From Plebeiibacterium marinum (GTDB taxonomy: Bacteria > Bacteroidota > Bacteroidia > Bacteroidales > Marinilabiliaceae), in the NCBI RefSeq assembly GCF_026013615.1, contig NZ_JAPDPI010000067.1:1-21037 (forward strand): a stretch of 21,037 bases of DNA, given 5' to 3'. The position numbers and the translations under genes are program-made. This document shows, in pieces, positions 8,953 through 16,139 of the stretch. Position 1 is the first letter of the stretch, and every line of letters starts with the position of its first letter. The notes below the pieces were generated by a model. The model saw nothing but the letters and a program-made list of their open reading frames with translations. It did not search any database and had not been told where the DNA came from.

Positions 8953-10119
8953 ATGAATATGAGTAGATTTATATTGTTTTTTAGCCTTTTGCTTCTTTTA
9001 TCTGCCTGTGGCGAGAAAAATAAAATGAGAGTAAGCGGAAAAATTGAAAATGGCGAAGGTAAAGTGTTATACCTGAAGCAGCTGAACCTGAGTGGTGAAG
9101 TGGATGTGGATTCCGTGGTTCTGAAGGCCAAAGGTAATTTTAAGTTTTCCCTGCCAAAACTCGAAAATCCAACCTTCTTTTTGTTAAAACTGTCGGATAA
9201 AAATTTCATAACCTTGTTGGCTGATTCAACAGAAAAGATTGAAGTGATCGCCAATGCAGAAAATCTATCAAAACACTATGATGTAAGTTCTTTAGGTTCA
9301 AATTATATACAGGCTCTGAATACGAGGTTTGACAGGACAAAAACTGAGGTGGATAGTTTGATGAAGATATACAACGATACACCAAAGGATGAGAAAGAGC
9401 TGATAGAGGAGGTGCGTCAGGATTTAATTGAAGTTATAGATAACCAAAAAGTTTTTGTCAGGGACTTTGTTATGGCAAACCCTCGTTCTTTTGCTAGTTA
9501 TTATGCCGTATTTCAGCGTTTTGATGATGGTACGCTGGTGTTAAATGCATATGATAAAGAAGATTTAAACCTGTTCTCAACTGTGGCCACCAGCCTGAGC
9601 TTGTTTTATCCTGAATCTCCCCGGTCAGAACAACTTAAGAATTTTGTGCTGAATATCCGCAAAGAAATTAAGATAGGAGAGCTTCAGTCAAAACTTAAAA
9701 ATGAAGCACAAAGTAATATTCCCGACATTGAAGAAGAGGATTTGAACGGGAAAAAGATAAAGCTCTCTTCTTTAAAAGGTAAATTGGTATTGTTGTCGTT
9801 TTGGGCATCATGGGATGAAAAATCAAGAAAAGAAAACAAAAACCTGATTAAGATCTACAACAAATATAAAGCTAAAGGATTCGAAGTTTATCAGGTGTCG
9901 CTCGACAGGAGTAAAATTCTTTGGGAAGGGGCAGTGGAACAAGATAAGCTTCCATGGATAAATGTAAGCGATTTAAGGTTTACAGACTCCTATCCGGCAC
10001 GTATATATAATGTGCAACAATTGCCAGCCAATTATTTGATCAGCAAAAAAGGAGAAGTGATAGGTAAAGATTTGTTCGGAAGAATACTTGATGAGAAGCT
10101 AAATGACTTGTTAAATTAA
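8953..10119 (+). CDS. Lipoprotein with an N-terminal DUF4369-like domain and a C-terminal TlpA/thioredoxin-like fold lacking both catalytic cysteines (FWASWDEKSRKEN)
   Basis: The ORF opens at 8920, but the signal peptide/lipobox MNMSRFILFFSLLLLLSAC starts at 8953. GKIENGEGKVLYL is DUF4369-like. LVLLSFWASWDEKSRKENKNLIKIYNKYKAKGFEVYQVSLD...LPANYLISKKGEVIGKDL is a clear TlpA-family scaffold. Confidence 0.85.
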   Translation: MNMSRFILFFSLLLLLSACGEKNKMRVSGKIENGEGKVLYLKQLNLSGEVDVDSVVLKAKGNFKFSLPKLENPTFFLLKLSDKNFITLLADSTEKIEVIANAENLSKHYDVSSLGSNYIQALNTRFDRTKTEVDSLMKIYNDTPKDEKELIEEVRQDLIEVIDNQKVFVRDFVMANPRSFASYYAVFQRFDDGTLVLNAYDKEDLNLFSTVATSLSLFYPESPRSEQLKNFVLNIRKEIKIGELQSKLKNEAQSNIPDIEEEDLNGKKIKLSSLKGKLVLLSFWASWDEKSRKENKNLIKIYNKYKAKGFEVYQVSLDRSKILWEGAVEQDKLPWINVSDLRFTDSYPARIYNVQQLPANYLISKKGEVIGKDLFGRILDEKLNDLLN

Positions 10120-10141
10120 ATTTTGCATAAAAGATATGGTG

Positions 10142-10170
10142 AAGGAACTCAGTTTGGGTTCCTTTTTTTG
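10142..10170 (+). terminator. Intrinsic terminator after the second TlpA-like gene
   Basis: AAGGAAC-tcagtttgg-GTTCCTT followed by TTTTTG, located 23 nt after the stop codon. Confidence 0.65.
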
Positions 10171-10214
10171 TGTGTACTTGAATATTTACTTCATTTGGTT
10201 TAAAAAGTATAATG

Positions 10215-10247
10215 CTTGCTTTTTCACGTAAAAAACTGATATATTTG
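10215..10247 (+). promoter_or_regulatory. Candidate promoter for lpxH (TTG ... TATATTTG)
   Basis: TATATTTG at 10240-10247 matches the Bacteroidota TAnnTTTG -7 box, with CTTG about 21 nt upstream. It lies 39 nt before the ATG at 10286. Confidence 0.35.
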
Positions 10248-10285
10248 TCCGTTCAAAAAAATTAAGCAGTTGCTTATTGGTTAAA

Positions 10286-11050
10286 ATGGAATTGCAGCAA
10301 GAGGGTAAAAAAATATATTTTGCATCAGATGTTCATCTGGGCGCACCATCTATTAAAGACCATAAGGCGCATGAAAAAATGTTTGTTGATTGGTTAAATG
10401 AAATAAAGCCAAGCACCAAAGCGCTTTATCTCTTAGGTGATATATTTGATTTTTGGTACGAATACCGTTATGTTGCCCCTCGAGGATTCACACGTTTTTT
10501 AGGAAAAATAGCAGAATTTACCGATGCCGGGATTCCTGTGCATTTTTTTACCGGGAATCATGATATCTGGGTGTTTGATTATCTTCCGAAAGAAACGGGG
10601 ATGGTGCTCCATAGGGAACCTGTGTCGGTTGAACTGGACGGTAAAAAGTTTTTTATCGGACATGGTGATGGCTTAGGACCATATGATAAGGGATATAATT
10701 TTTTAAAAAGTATTTTTACCAATACAACTTTACAGTGGCTTTTTTCGCGTTTGCATCCTAACTTTGCAGTAGGCCTGGCAAAAAAATGGTCGGCGCATAG
10801 CAGGTTAAAGAACGAAAACTCGGAAGAAGCAAAATTTTTGGGTGAAGAAAAAGAATATTTAATGCTTTATGCCAAAGATGTTTTAGCAAAAGAATATTTT
10901 GATTATTTCATTTTTGGGCACAGACATATTGATATAAACAGACCTATTGGCGATGGTAGTCGTTTTGTATACCTGGGGGATTGGGTAAAACTCAGGTCGT
11001 ATGGAGTCTGGGATGGCAGTACGTTTGAACTAAAGTATTATAAAAAGTAG
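10286..11050 (+). CDS. lpxH: UDP-2,3-diacylglucosamine diphosphatase (LpxH-type calcineurin-like metallophosphoesterase)
   Basis: Metallophosphoesterase motifs are SDVHLG, LGDIFDFWYEY, GNHDIW, GHGDG and GHRH, in a protein of LpxH size (about 254 aa from the ATG at 10286; the ORF track begins at a TTG at 10277). Confidence 0.85.
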   Translation: MELQQEGKKIYFASDVHLGAPSIKDHKAHEKMFVDWLNEIKPSTKALYLLGDIFDFWYEYRYVAPRGFTRFLGKIAEFTDAGIPVHFFTGNHDIWVFDYLPKETGMVLHREPVSVELDGKKFFIGHGDGLGPYDKGYNFLKSIFTNTTLQWLFSRLHPNFAVGLAKKWSAHSRLKNENSEEAKFLGEEKEYLMLYAKDVLAKEYFDYFIFGHRHIDINRPIGDGSRFVYLGDWVKLRSYGVWDGSTFELKYYKK

Positions 11051-11120
11051 TTATAAAATAAGCTTGGTGGCTGTTGTGGTAACATGGTGGTCGCTAATGT
11101 GTTAGCAAAAGTCGAATACA

Positions 11121-12197
11121 ATGGGAATTTATGCTGTTGCCACAAGTACGGGCTGTTATCTGCCCGAAGTAGTGGTGAAAAATATTGATTTTGCCAATCA
11201 GTTATTTTTAAATAGCGATGGCAGCAAGATCGAAACTCCGGGCAAGGAGATAGTAGAAAAGTTTGAGCAGATTACCGACATTACCGAAAGACGTTGTGTG
11301 GGCGAAGGATTGGTTACTTCAGATATTGCTGCAATAGCTGGTAAGCGAGCACTGGATGCCGCCAATTTTGATAAGGAAAACCTTGATTACATTATAGTAG
11401 CCCATAACCTTGGGGATATTAAGCACGGGAGTAGGTTTCCGGATATTTTGCCAACCCTGGCATCAAGGGTTAAACAAAAACTCGATATTAAAAATCCAAA
11501 AACAGTAGCTTACGATATTACATTTGGGTGTCCCGGCTGGACTCAGGCCATGATTCAGGCCAATTATTATTTAAAGTCTGGAGATGCCAAAAGTGCGCTT
11601 GTTATCGGTGCCGATACCTTGAGCCGGATGATGGACCCTCATGACCGTGATTCGATGATTTTTGCCGATGGTGCTGGTGCTGCACTTCTTGAGGCTGTTG
11701 AAAGTGATGAGCCAGTAGGTATTTTAAAGCACGTATCGCGTACCGATACCGAGGAGCATCTTGATCTGTTGCAAATGGGACCATCATATAATCCGGAATT
11801 AAAGCATGATCACCTGTATCTGAAAATGTTGGGACGTAGATTATATAATTATGCGTTGACTAATGTGCCTCTGGTAGCTCAGGAGTGCCTGGATAAGAAC
11901 GGACTTACTTTAACTGACGTTAAAAAAGTTCTGATCCATCAGGCTAATGCCAAAATGGATGAAGCCATCCTGAAAAGGATATTCCGCTTATATGGAATCA
12001 GGGAAGTGGATTACGATGTGATGCCAATGACCATTAAAACCTTGGGAAATAGTTCTGTGGCTACAGTCCCAACCTTGTTCGACATGGTTGTTAGGAACCA
12101 ATTAAAAGGGCATGAGCTAAATAGTGGCGATTATGTTATGATGACCTCCGTGGGGGCCGGTATGAACATTAATGCTTATATGTACAAAATGCCATAA
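11121..12197 (+). CDS. 3-oxoacyl-ACP synthase III family protein (FabH-like KAS III)
   Basis: 358-aa ORF. The catalytic triad context is preserved: FGCPGW (Cys), HQANAKM (His), GNSSVATVP (Asn). The thiolase-fold C-terminus is SVGAGMNINA. Confidence 0.85.
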   Translation: MGIYAVATSTGCYLPEVVVKNIDFANQLFLNSDGSKIETPGKEIVEKFEQITDITERRCVGEGLVTSDIAAIAGKRALDAANFDKENLDYIIVAHNLGDIKHGSRFPDILPTLASRVKQKLDIKNPKTVAYDITFGCPGWTQAMIQANYYLKSGDAKSALVIGADTLSRMMDPHDRDSMIFADGAGAALLEAVESDEPVGILKHVSRTDTEEHLDLLQMGPSYNPELKHDHLYLKMLGRRLYNYALTNVPLVAQECLDKNGLTLTDVKKVLIHQANAKMDEAILKRIFRLYGIREVDYDVMPMTIKTLGNSSVATVPTLFDMVVRNQLKGHELNSGDYVMMTSVGAGMNINAYMYKMP

Positions 12198-12223
12198 AAT
12201 TAGATTATTCAATTTCTTAATAT

Positions 12224-12257
12224 GGGGGTATTCTTTAATTTAGGGTATCCCTTTTTT
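12224..12257 (+). terminator. Possible intrinsic terminator after the KAS III gene
   Basis: GGGGTAT-13 nt-GTATCCC (7-bp stem including two G:U pairs) followed by TTTTTT. Confidence 0.4.
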
Positions 12258-12505
12258 ATGCCTAATTATATCAATATCATCTTTGAACTGCCTCCTGAAT
12301 TTTCTTTATGTTTGCTGGTCTCCTTGTTGAAAAATAGCGATATTGTAGTTTTTATATTACTGACCGTTAAGTATTTGGAGTAACTTCTTAGGGTCTTTGA
12401 AAGGATATAAAATCCACATATCTATAATTTGTAAGCTACAAATTGGCTCTACACCTATTAACGGACATGCTTTTCTTTACGTGCTGAAAGCACAGCTTAT
12501 CATAG

Positions 12506-12574
12506 CCCCAGGTAAAACGCAGTGACACCTGGGGTTTTTCAGTTTTATACCTCAGCGTCCTGTAAGGACAACTC
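12506..12574 (+). repeat. Left REP-like inverted-repeat block (hairpin A CCCCAGGT...ACCTGGGG and hairpin-containing module B CAGCGTCCTGTAAGGACAACTC)
   Basis: Read directly. Reverse-complement matches on the right flank are 25/29 (A) and 21/22 (B). Confidence 0.8.
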
Positions 12575-12626
12575 GTTCATATTTTATAAAAAATAGTGTT
12601 ATATTTAATTCAAAATATTATCTAAT

Positions 12627-13082
12627 ATGTCGCAATCTTTATCAAAACTCTATGTACATATCATCTTTCACGTTAAAGACCCATCTCATACATTCATCAG
12701 GAAACCTGATAAAAATAGTCTGTATAATTATATAGGTTCTATCATAAAAGACAATGGCTCTATACCTTTAATTATTAATGGTACAGAAGATCATATGCAT
12801 ATCTTCTGTGTTATGTCGAAAAATATAGCACTATCTATGTTTGTTAAAGATATTAAGAGACATAGTAGTAGGTGGCTAAAAGGTTTTGATAATTTTTATC
12901 GGGTATTTAAATGGCAGGGTGGTTATGGTGGTTTTTCCGTTAGTTCGTCTTTATACGATAAAACATTTAATTATATAAAAAAGCAGGAAAGACATCATGA
13001 AACCATGTCTTTTAAAGATGAATATTTATTGTTCTTAAAGGAATATGGTATCGAATATAATGAGGAGTATTTGTGGGGATAA
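12627..13082 (+). CDS. IS200-like / REP-associated (RayT-type) Y1 HUH tyrosine transposase
   Basis: 151-aa ORF. The N-terminus is LYVHIIFHVK, the HUH motif is DHMHIF, and WQGGYGGFSVS is present. The catalytic Tyr context is NYIKKQERHH. All are characteristic of the Y1_Tnp family. Confidence 0.85.
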   Translation: MSQSLSKLYVHIIFHVKDPSHTFIRKPDKNSLYNYIGSIIKDNGSIPLIINGTEDHMHIFCVMSKNIALSMFVKDIKRHSSRWLKGFDNFYRVFKWQGGYGGFSVSSSLYDKTFNYIKKQERHHETMSFKDEYLLFLKEYGIEYNEEYLWG

Positions 13083-13088
13083 ATTCTT

Positions 13089-13157
13089 GAGTTGTCCTTT
13101 CAGGACGCTGATTGATATTGCTTATACACCCCAGATGACACTGCGTTCTATCTGGGG
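13089..13157 (+). repeat. Right REP-like inverted-repeat block (B' GAGTTGTCCTTTCAGGACGCTG and A' CCCCAGAT...ATCTGGGG)
   Basis: It is the reverse complement of the left block. In A' a G-to-A change on one arm is matched by C-to-T on the other, so the stem is preserved. Confidence 0.8.
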
Positions 13158-13307
13158 CTAGGATGAACCAGGCCTTCGGCCTGCTTGTATTTAAAACCAA
13201 ACAAGGATCAGCTAAAAACTCTTTTTCATCAGGCCCCAATTTTGTTCCTGATCCCTTTTTTCTTTTATTTTGTGAAAGATGTTTTATAAACTGAGTTCAA
13301 TAAAAAT

Positions 13308-14591
13308 ATGATGGAAATAGTGGTTGCGTTTTTGGTTGGGAGTATAGGCTGTTTTGCCTTTTTATATTCTTATTATACTTCAAAAAAGTCACAGCTTAGG
13401 CAACAGGTTCAATTTTTTTCTGAGGAGAACAATAATCTGAAATCTCAAAATGTTGAGATCCTGCAAAAATTAGAAAAAGTTAATAATGAGCTGATGCAGG
13501 CAAAAATGCATATTGCTGCCATTGATACTGAAAATGCTCATCTGATTAACTTAAATAAACAACGCCAGCAAGAGATTGAAAACCTTCATGAAAGGCTCAG
13601 TAAGGAGTTTGAAACCATTGCCGACCGTGTATTGATTAATCGTTCAAAGCAAATAAGCGAACAGAGTAACCAAAAGCTATCGGATATATTGTCGCCCTTG
13701 CAGGAGCGCATCACACGTTTTGAAAAGAAGGTGGAAGAAACCTATGATAAGGAGGTAAGGGATAAGTTAAGCCTAAAGGCCGAAGTAAAAAGATTATACG
13801 ATTTAAACCACAGAATCAGTGAAGAAGCTCAAAACCTATCCAAAGCTTTAAAAGGAGATGTGAAAAAGCTGGGCAATTGGGGGGAAGTTATTCTTGAAAG
13901 GGTACTGGAGCAGTCCGGATTGACCAAAGGCCGCGAATATCGTCGCGAAGTGGTGGATGAAAACAGCAATGGTGCCACTATTCGCCCGGATGTTATTATA
14001 GATCTGCCTGAAGGAAAGCACCTGATTATTGATTCAAAAATGTCATTGTCGGCCTATGAAGAGTTTGTAACGGCTGAAGATGAGGAAACAAAAGCAGTTG
14101 CCTTGAAAAACCATAAAGAAAGATTACGGCAGCATGTTAAAGATTTGTTCGAAAAAAATTATATCTCTGCTAAAAACATCAACTGTCCGGACTTTGTGTT
14201 GATGTTTATTCCTGTTGAAGCTTCATTTGCCGCAGCGGTTGAGAATGATAATGACCTTTTTTCTTTTGCCTGGGAAAAGAAGATAGTCCCTGTGAGTCCG
14301 TCAACATTGTTGGCTACATTAAAAACAGTTAGTTCCATATGGCGGCAGGAAAACCAAAATAGAAATGCACAGGAAATTGCCCGTCAGAGTGGGGCTTTGT
14401 ACGATAAGTTTGTTGGTTTTGTGGCAGATCTGGAGAAAATAGGTTCCAATATCAATACACTTCAAGGTAATTACGATACGGCATTGTCAAAACTTCAGCA
14501 AGGTAAGGGTAATCTTATTTCACGGGCCGAAAAAATTAAAAGTCTGGGAGCCAAAACAAATAAATCAATAGAAGATAAGTTTTTGAATTAA
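13308..14591 (+). CDS. rmuC: DNA recombination protein RmuC
   Basis: 427-aa ORF with an N-terminal TM and a long coiled coil. The C-terminal RmuC nuclease-like domain includes GNWGEVILERVLEQSGL, GREY, RPDVIIDLPEGKHLIIDSKMSL and VLMFIPVE. Confidence 0.92.
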   Translation: MMEIVVAFLVGSIGCFAFLYSYYTSKKSQLRQQVQFFSEENNNLKSQNVEILQKLEKVNNELMQAKMHIAAIDTENAHLINLNKQRQQEIENLHERLSKEFETIADRVLINRSKQISEQSNQKLSDILSPLQERITRFEKKVEETYDKEVRDKLSLKAEVKRLYDLNHRISEEAQNLSKALKGDVKKLGNWGEVILERVLEQSGLTKGREYRREVVDENSNGATIRPDVIIDLPEGKHLIIDSKMSLSAYEEFVTAEDEETKAVALKNHKERLRQHVKDLFEKNYISAKNINCPDFVLMFIPVEASFAAAVENDNDLFSFAWEKKIVPVSPSTLLATLKTVSSIWRQENQNRNAQEIARQSGALYDKFVGFVADLEKIGSNINTLQGNYDTALSKLQQGKGNLISRAEKIKSLGAKTNKSIEDKFLN

Positions 14592-14608
14592 TCATATCAG
14601 GAAAATAG

Positions 14609-14729
14609 TTCGGGATATAGTCGTAATTAATTCGGGATGTGTTCCTGTTTCGTTCGTAGCTCCTTCGGTTCTCGTTCGGTTCTCCTTCGGTTCTCGTTCG
14701 GTTCTCGTTCGGTTCTTCTTCGGTTAAGA
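14609..14729 (+). repeat. 11-bp phased tandem repeat (consensus TTCGGTTCTCG), 6 well-conserved units plus about 5 decayed in-phase units
   Basis: TTCGG starts at 14664, 14675, 14686, 14697, 14708 and 14719, exactly 11 bp apart. Decayed units in the same phase are at 14609 (TTCGGGAT), 14620, 14631 (TTCGGGAT), 14642 and 14653. Confidence 0.88.
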
Positions 14730-14747
14730 GGTATTATAACCGAAGAA
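14716..14747 (+). other. Perfect 11-bp-stem hairpin (TTCTTCGGTTA-10 nt-TAACCGAAGAA) built from the last repeat unit
   Basis: Inverted repeat read directly. There is no adjacent T-tract on either strand, so it is not a canonical terminator. Confidence 0.6.
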
Positions 14748-14929
14748 AGACCAAATTAATTCCTAAGGAATTGCATTCGAATCGCGACTAAGGTACGATG
14801 CCTTCCCGACCACAGCATAAAGAATGTTCCACGTGGATAAAAAAGCAATAGAAATTTTAATGTATACGGAAGGTTTGTTTACGATTTAATATAAATAACG
14901 CATTTTTTACAACAAATTAATATCGTAAG

Positions 14930-14960
14930 TTTGTATAATTAAAAAATACACCTACATTTG
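14930..14960 (+). promoter_or_regulatory. Candidate his operon promoter (TTTG -33-like element and TACATTTG -7 box)
   Basis: TACATTTG at 14953-14960 matches TAnnTTTG. TTTG at 14930-14933 lies 19 nt upstream. The leader ORF begins 22 nt downstream. Confidence 0.45.
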
Positions 14961-14981
14961 TATCCATAAAATTTTTGAGAA

Positions 14982-15029
14982 ATGACAAATTTAGTACATC
15001 ATCACGGACATCATTATAATCTACCATAG
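14982..15029 (+). CDS. His-rich leader peptide mini-ORF (MTNLVHHHGHHYNLP) of the his operon
   Basis: The sequence is ATG ACA AAT TTA GTA CAT CAT CAC GGA CAT CAT TAT AAT CTA CCA TAG. 5 of 15 codons are His. It sits between a promoter-like box and an intrinsic terminator, directly upstream of hisG. Confidence 0.7.
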   Translation: MTNLVHHHGHHYNLP

Positions 15030-15066
15030 GTGGGCCGGGATTGTTGTATATAAAAATATAATTATG

Positions 15067-15107
15067 AAAGAGGGCTTGCCGATAAGGAAGCCCTCTTTTT
15101 TTGTTTT
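15067..15107 (+). terminator. Intrinsic terminator in the his leader (candidate attenuator)
   Basis: AAAGAGGGCTT-10 nt-AAGCCCTCTTT (11-bp stem) runs into TTTTTTTGTTTT. It is 37 nt after the leader stop and about 95 nt before the hisG start. Confidence 0.75.
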
Positions 15108-15202
15108 AGAAAGAACAATTGTTAAAATGTAGATATGAGCTAAGTCGGCTGTTTTCATAAAGTCCCTTATCTCTTATCATTAATAAAAAAGTTAAAAGTA
15201 AG

Positions 15203-16060
15203 ATGGAAAAACTTAGAATTGCCCTACAGAAAAAAGGAAGGTTACACGATGATTCAATGGCTCTTTTAAAAGAGGCAGGTATTAAGTTTAATACTGGAAG
15301 CAGGACTTTAGTAGCTCAATCATCTACATTCCCAATTGAAGTGTTGTTTTTAAGAGATGATGATATTCCACAAACCATTGCCGATGGAGTAGCCGATATT
15401 GGTGTAGTGGGTGAAAACGAAGTGGAAGAAAAGGATTTTAAATTAACCATTGCCAAGAGGTTAGGGTTTAGTAAGTGTCGCTTGTCATTGGCTATTCCCA
15501 AAGCTGATGAATATAAGGGTCTTGAATATTTTGAAGGAAAGAAAATTGCGACCTCTTATCCGGTTATCTTAAAAAAGTATTTTGATAAGATGAATGTCAA
15601 TGCGGAGATTCACGAGATTGCAGGTTCTGTTGAAATTGCTCCGGGAATTGGCCTGGCAGATGGTATTTTTGATATTGTAAGTTCAGGTAGTACCCTTGTT
15701 GCCAATAGACTAAAAGAAGTAGAGGTGGCTATGAAATCAGAAGCTTTGTTGGTACAGGCTGAAGGATTGTCGGAGGGTAAAAAGGCTTTGATTGAAGAGT
15801 TGTTGTTCCGTATCAATTCTGTGATGGCTGCTAACTCTAACAAATATATCCTGTTGAATGCACCCAATGATAAAGTAGAGGAAATTGTAAGTATATTACC
15901 AGGAATGAAAAGTCCTACCGTGTTGCCATTGGCCGAAAAAGGGTGGAGTTCGGTTCACTCGGTTATTTCTGAAAAGCAGTTTTGGGAAATCATTGGCAAA
16001 CTTAAAGATCTTGGGGCACAAGGAATATTGACCTTCCCAATTGAAAAAATGATATTATAA
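15203..16060 (+). CDS. hisG: ATP phosphoribosyltransferase, long form (with C-terminal regulatory domain)
   Basis: 285-aa ORF. LRIALQKKGRL, DIPQTIADGVADIGVVGEN and DIVSSGSTLVANRLKEV are present, plus a C-terminal HisG_C-like region of about 80 aa. It is the first gene of the his cluster. Confidence 0.93.
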   Translation: MEKLRIALQKKGRLHDDSMALLKEAGIKFNTGSRTLVAQSSTFPIEVLFLRDDDIPQTIADGVADIGVVGENEVEEKDFKLTIAKRLGFSKCRLSLAIPKADEYKGLEYFEGKKIATSYPVILKKYFDKMNVNAEIHEIAGSVEIAPGIGLADGIFDIVSSGSTLVANRLKEVEVAMKSEALLVQAEGLSEGKKALIEELLFRINSVMAANSNKYILLNAPNDKVEEIVSILPGMKSPTVLPLAEKGWSSVHSVISEKQFWEIIGKLKDLGAQGILTFPIEKMIL

Positions 16061-16139
16061 AGAGTATTTCTTATGACAGGGGTGTGCGTTCGGCTATAGA
16101 AAAAACCGGATGCCAGCTCCTGGTAATAAAACAACGTGC

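Larger units (their letters stand above)
12481..13182 (+). mobile_element. About 700-bp unit: Y1/HUH transposase gene bracketed by three hairpin modules in mirrored order (REPtron-like / IS200-like)
   Basis: Left flank hairpins are at 12481-12493, 12506-12534 and 12553-12574. Right flank hairpins are at 13089-13110, 13129-13157 and 13170-13182, and they are reverse complements or structural analogues in inverted order. Confidence 0.7.

Noticed and set aside
8907-9254. 115-aa minus-strand ORF overlapping the start of the second TlpA-like gene
   Set aside because: It is antisense to a well-supported lipoprotein gene, and its sequence is Ser/Phe/Leu-rich with no motifs.
13012-13239. 75-aa minus-strand ORF across the transposase 3' end and right hairpins
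   Set aside because: It overlaps the Y1 transposase CDS and the REP-like hairpins. It is better explained as non-coding structured DNA.
13204-13265. Terminator downstream of the transposase unit (GGATCAG...CTGATCC plus T-run)
   Set aside because: The stem is only 7 bp with a loop of about 35 nt, which is too weak to call.
14637-14759. 40-codon ORF (MCSCFVRSSFGSRSVLLRFSFGSRSVLLRLRGIITEERPN) running through the 11-bp repeat
   Set aside because: The open frame is a by-product of a stop-free 11-bp unit and gives a 33-nt pseudo-periodic peptide. There is no promoter or other coding evidence, and the composition is low-complexity.
14758-14772. 15-bp dyad AATTCCT-A-AGGAATT as an operator
   Set aside because: It is a short AT-rich palindrome in an AT-rich spacer, about 180 bp from the nearest promoter candidate, and could occur by chance.
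14770-14792. tRNA T-arm-like TTCGAATC
   Set aside because: The flanking bases do not form a T-stem, and no acceptor or anticodon arms can be drawn.
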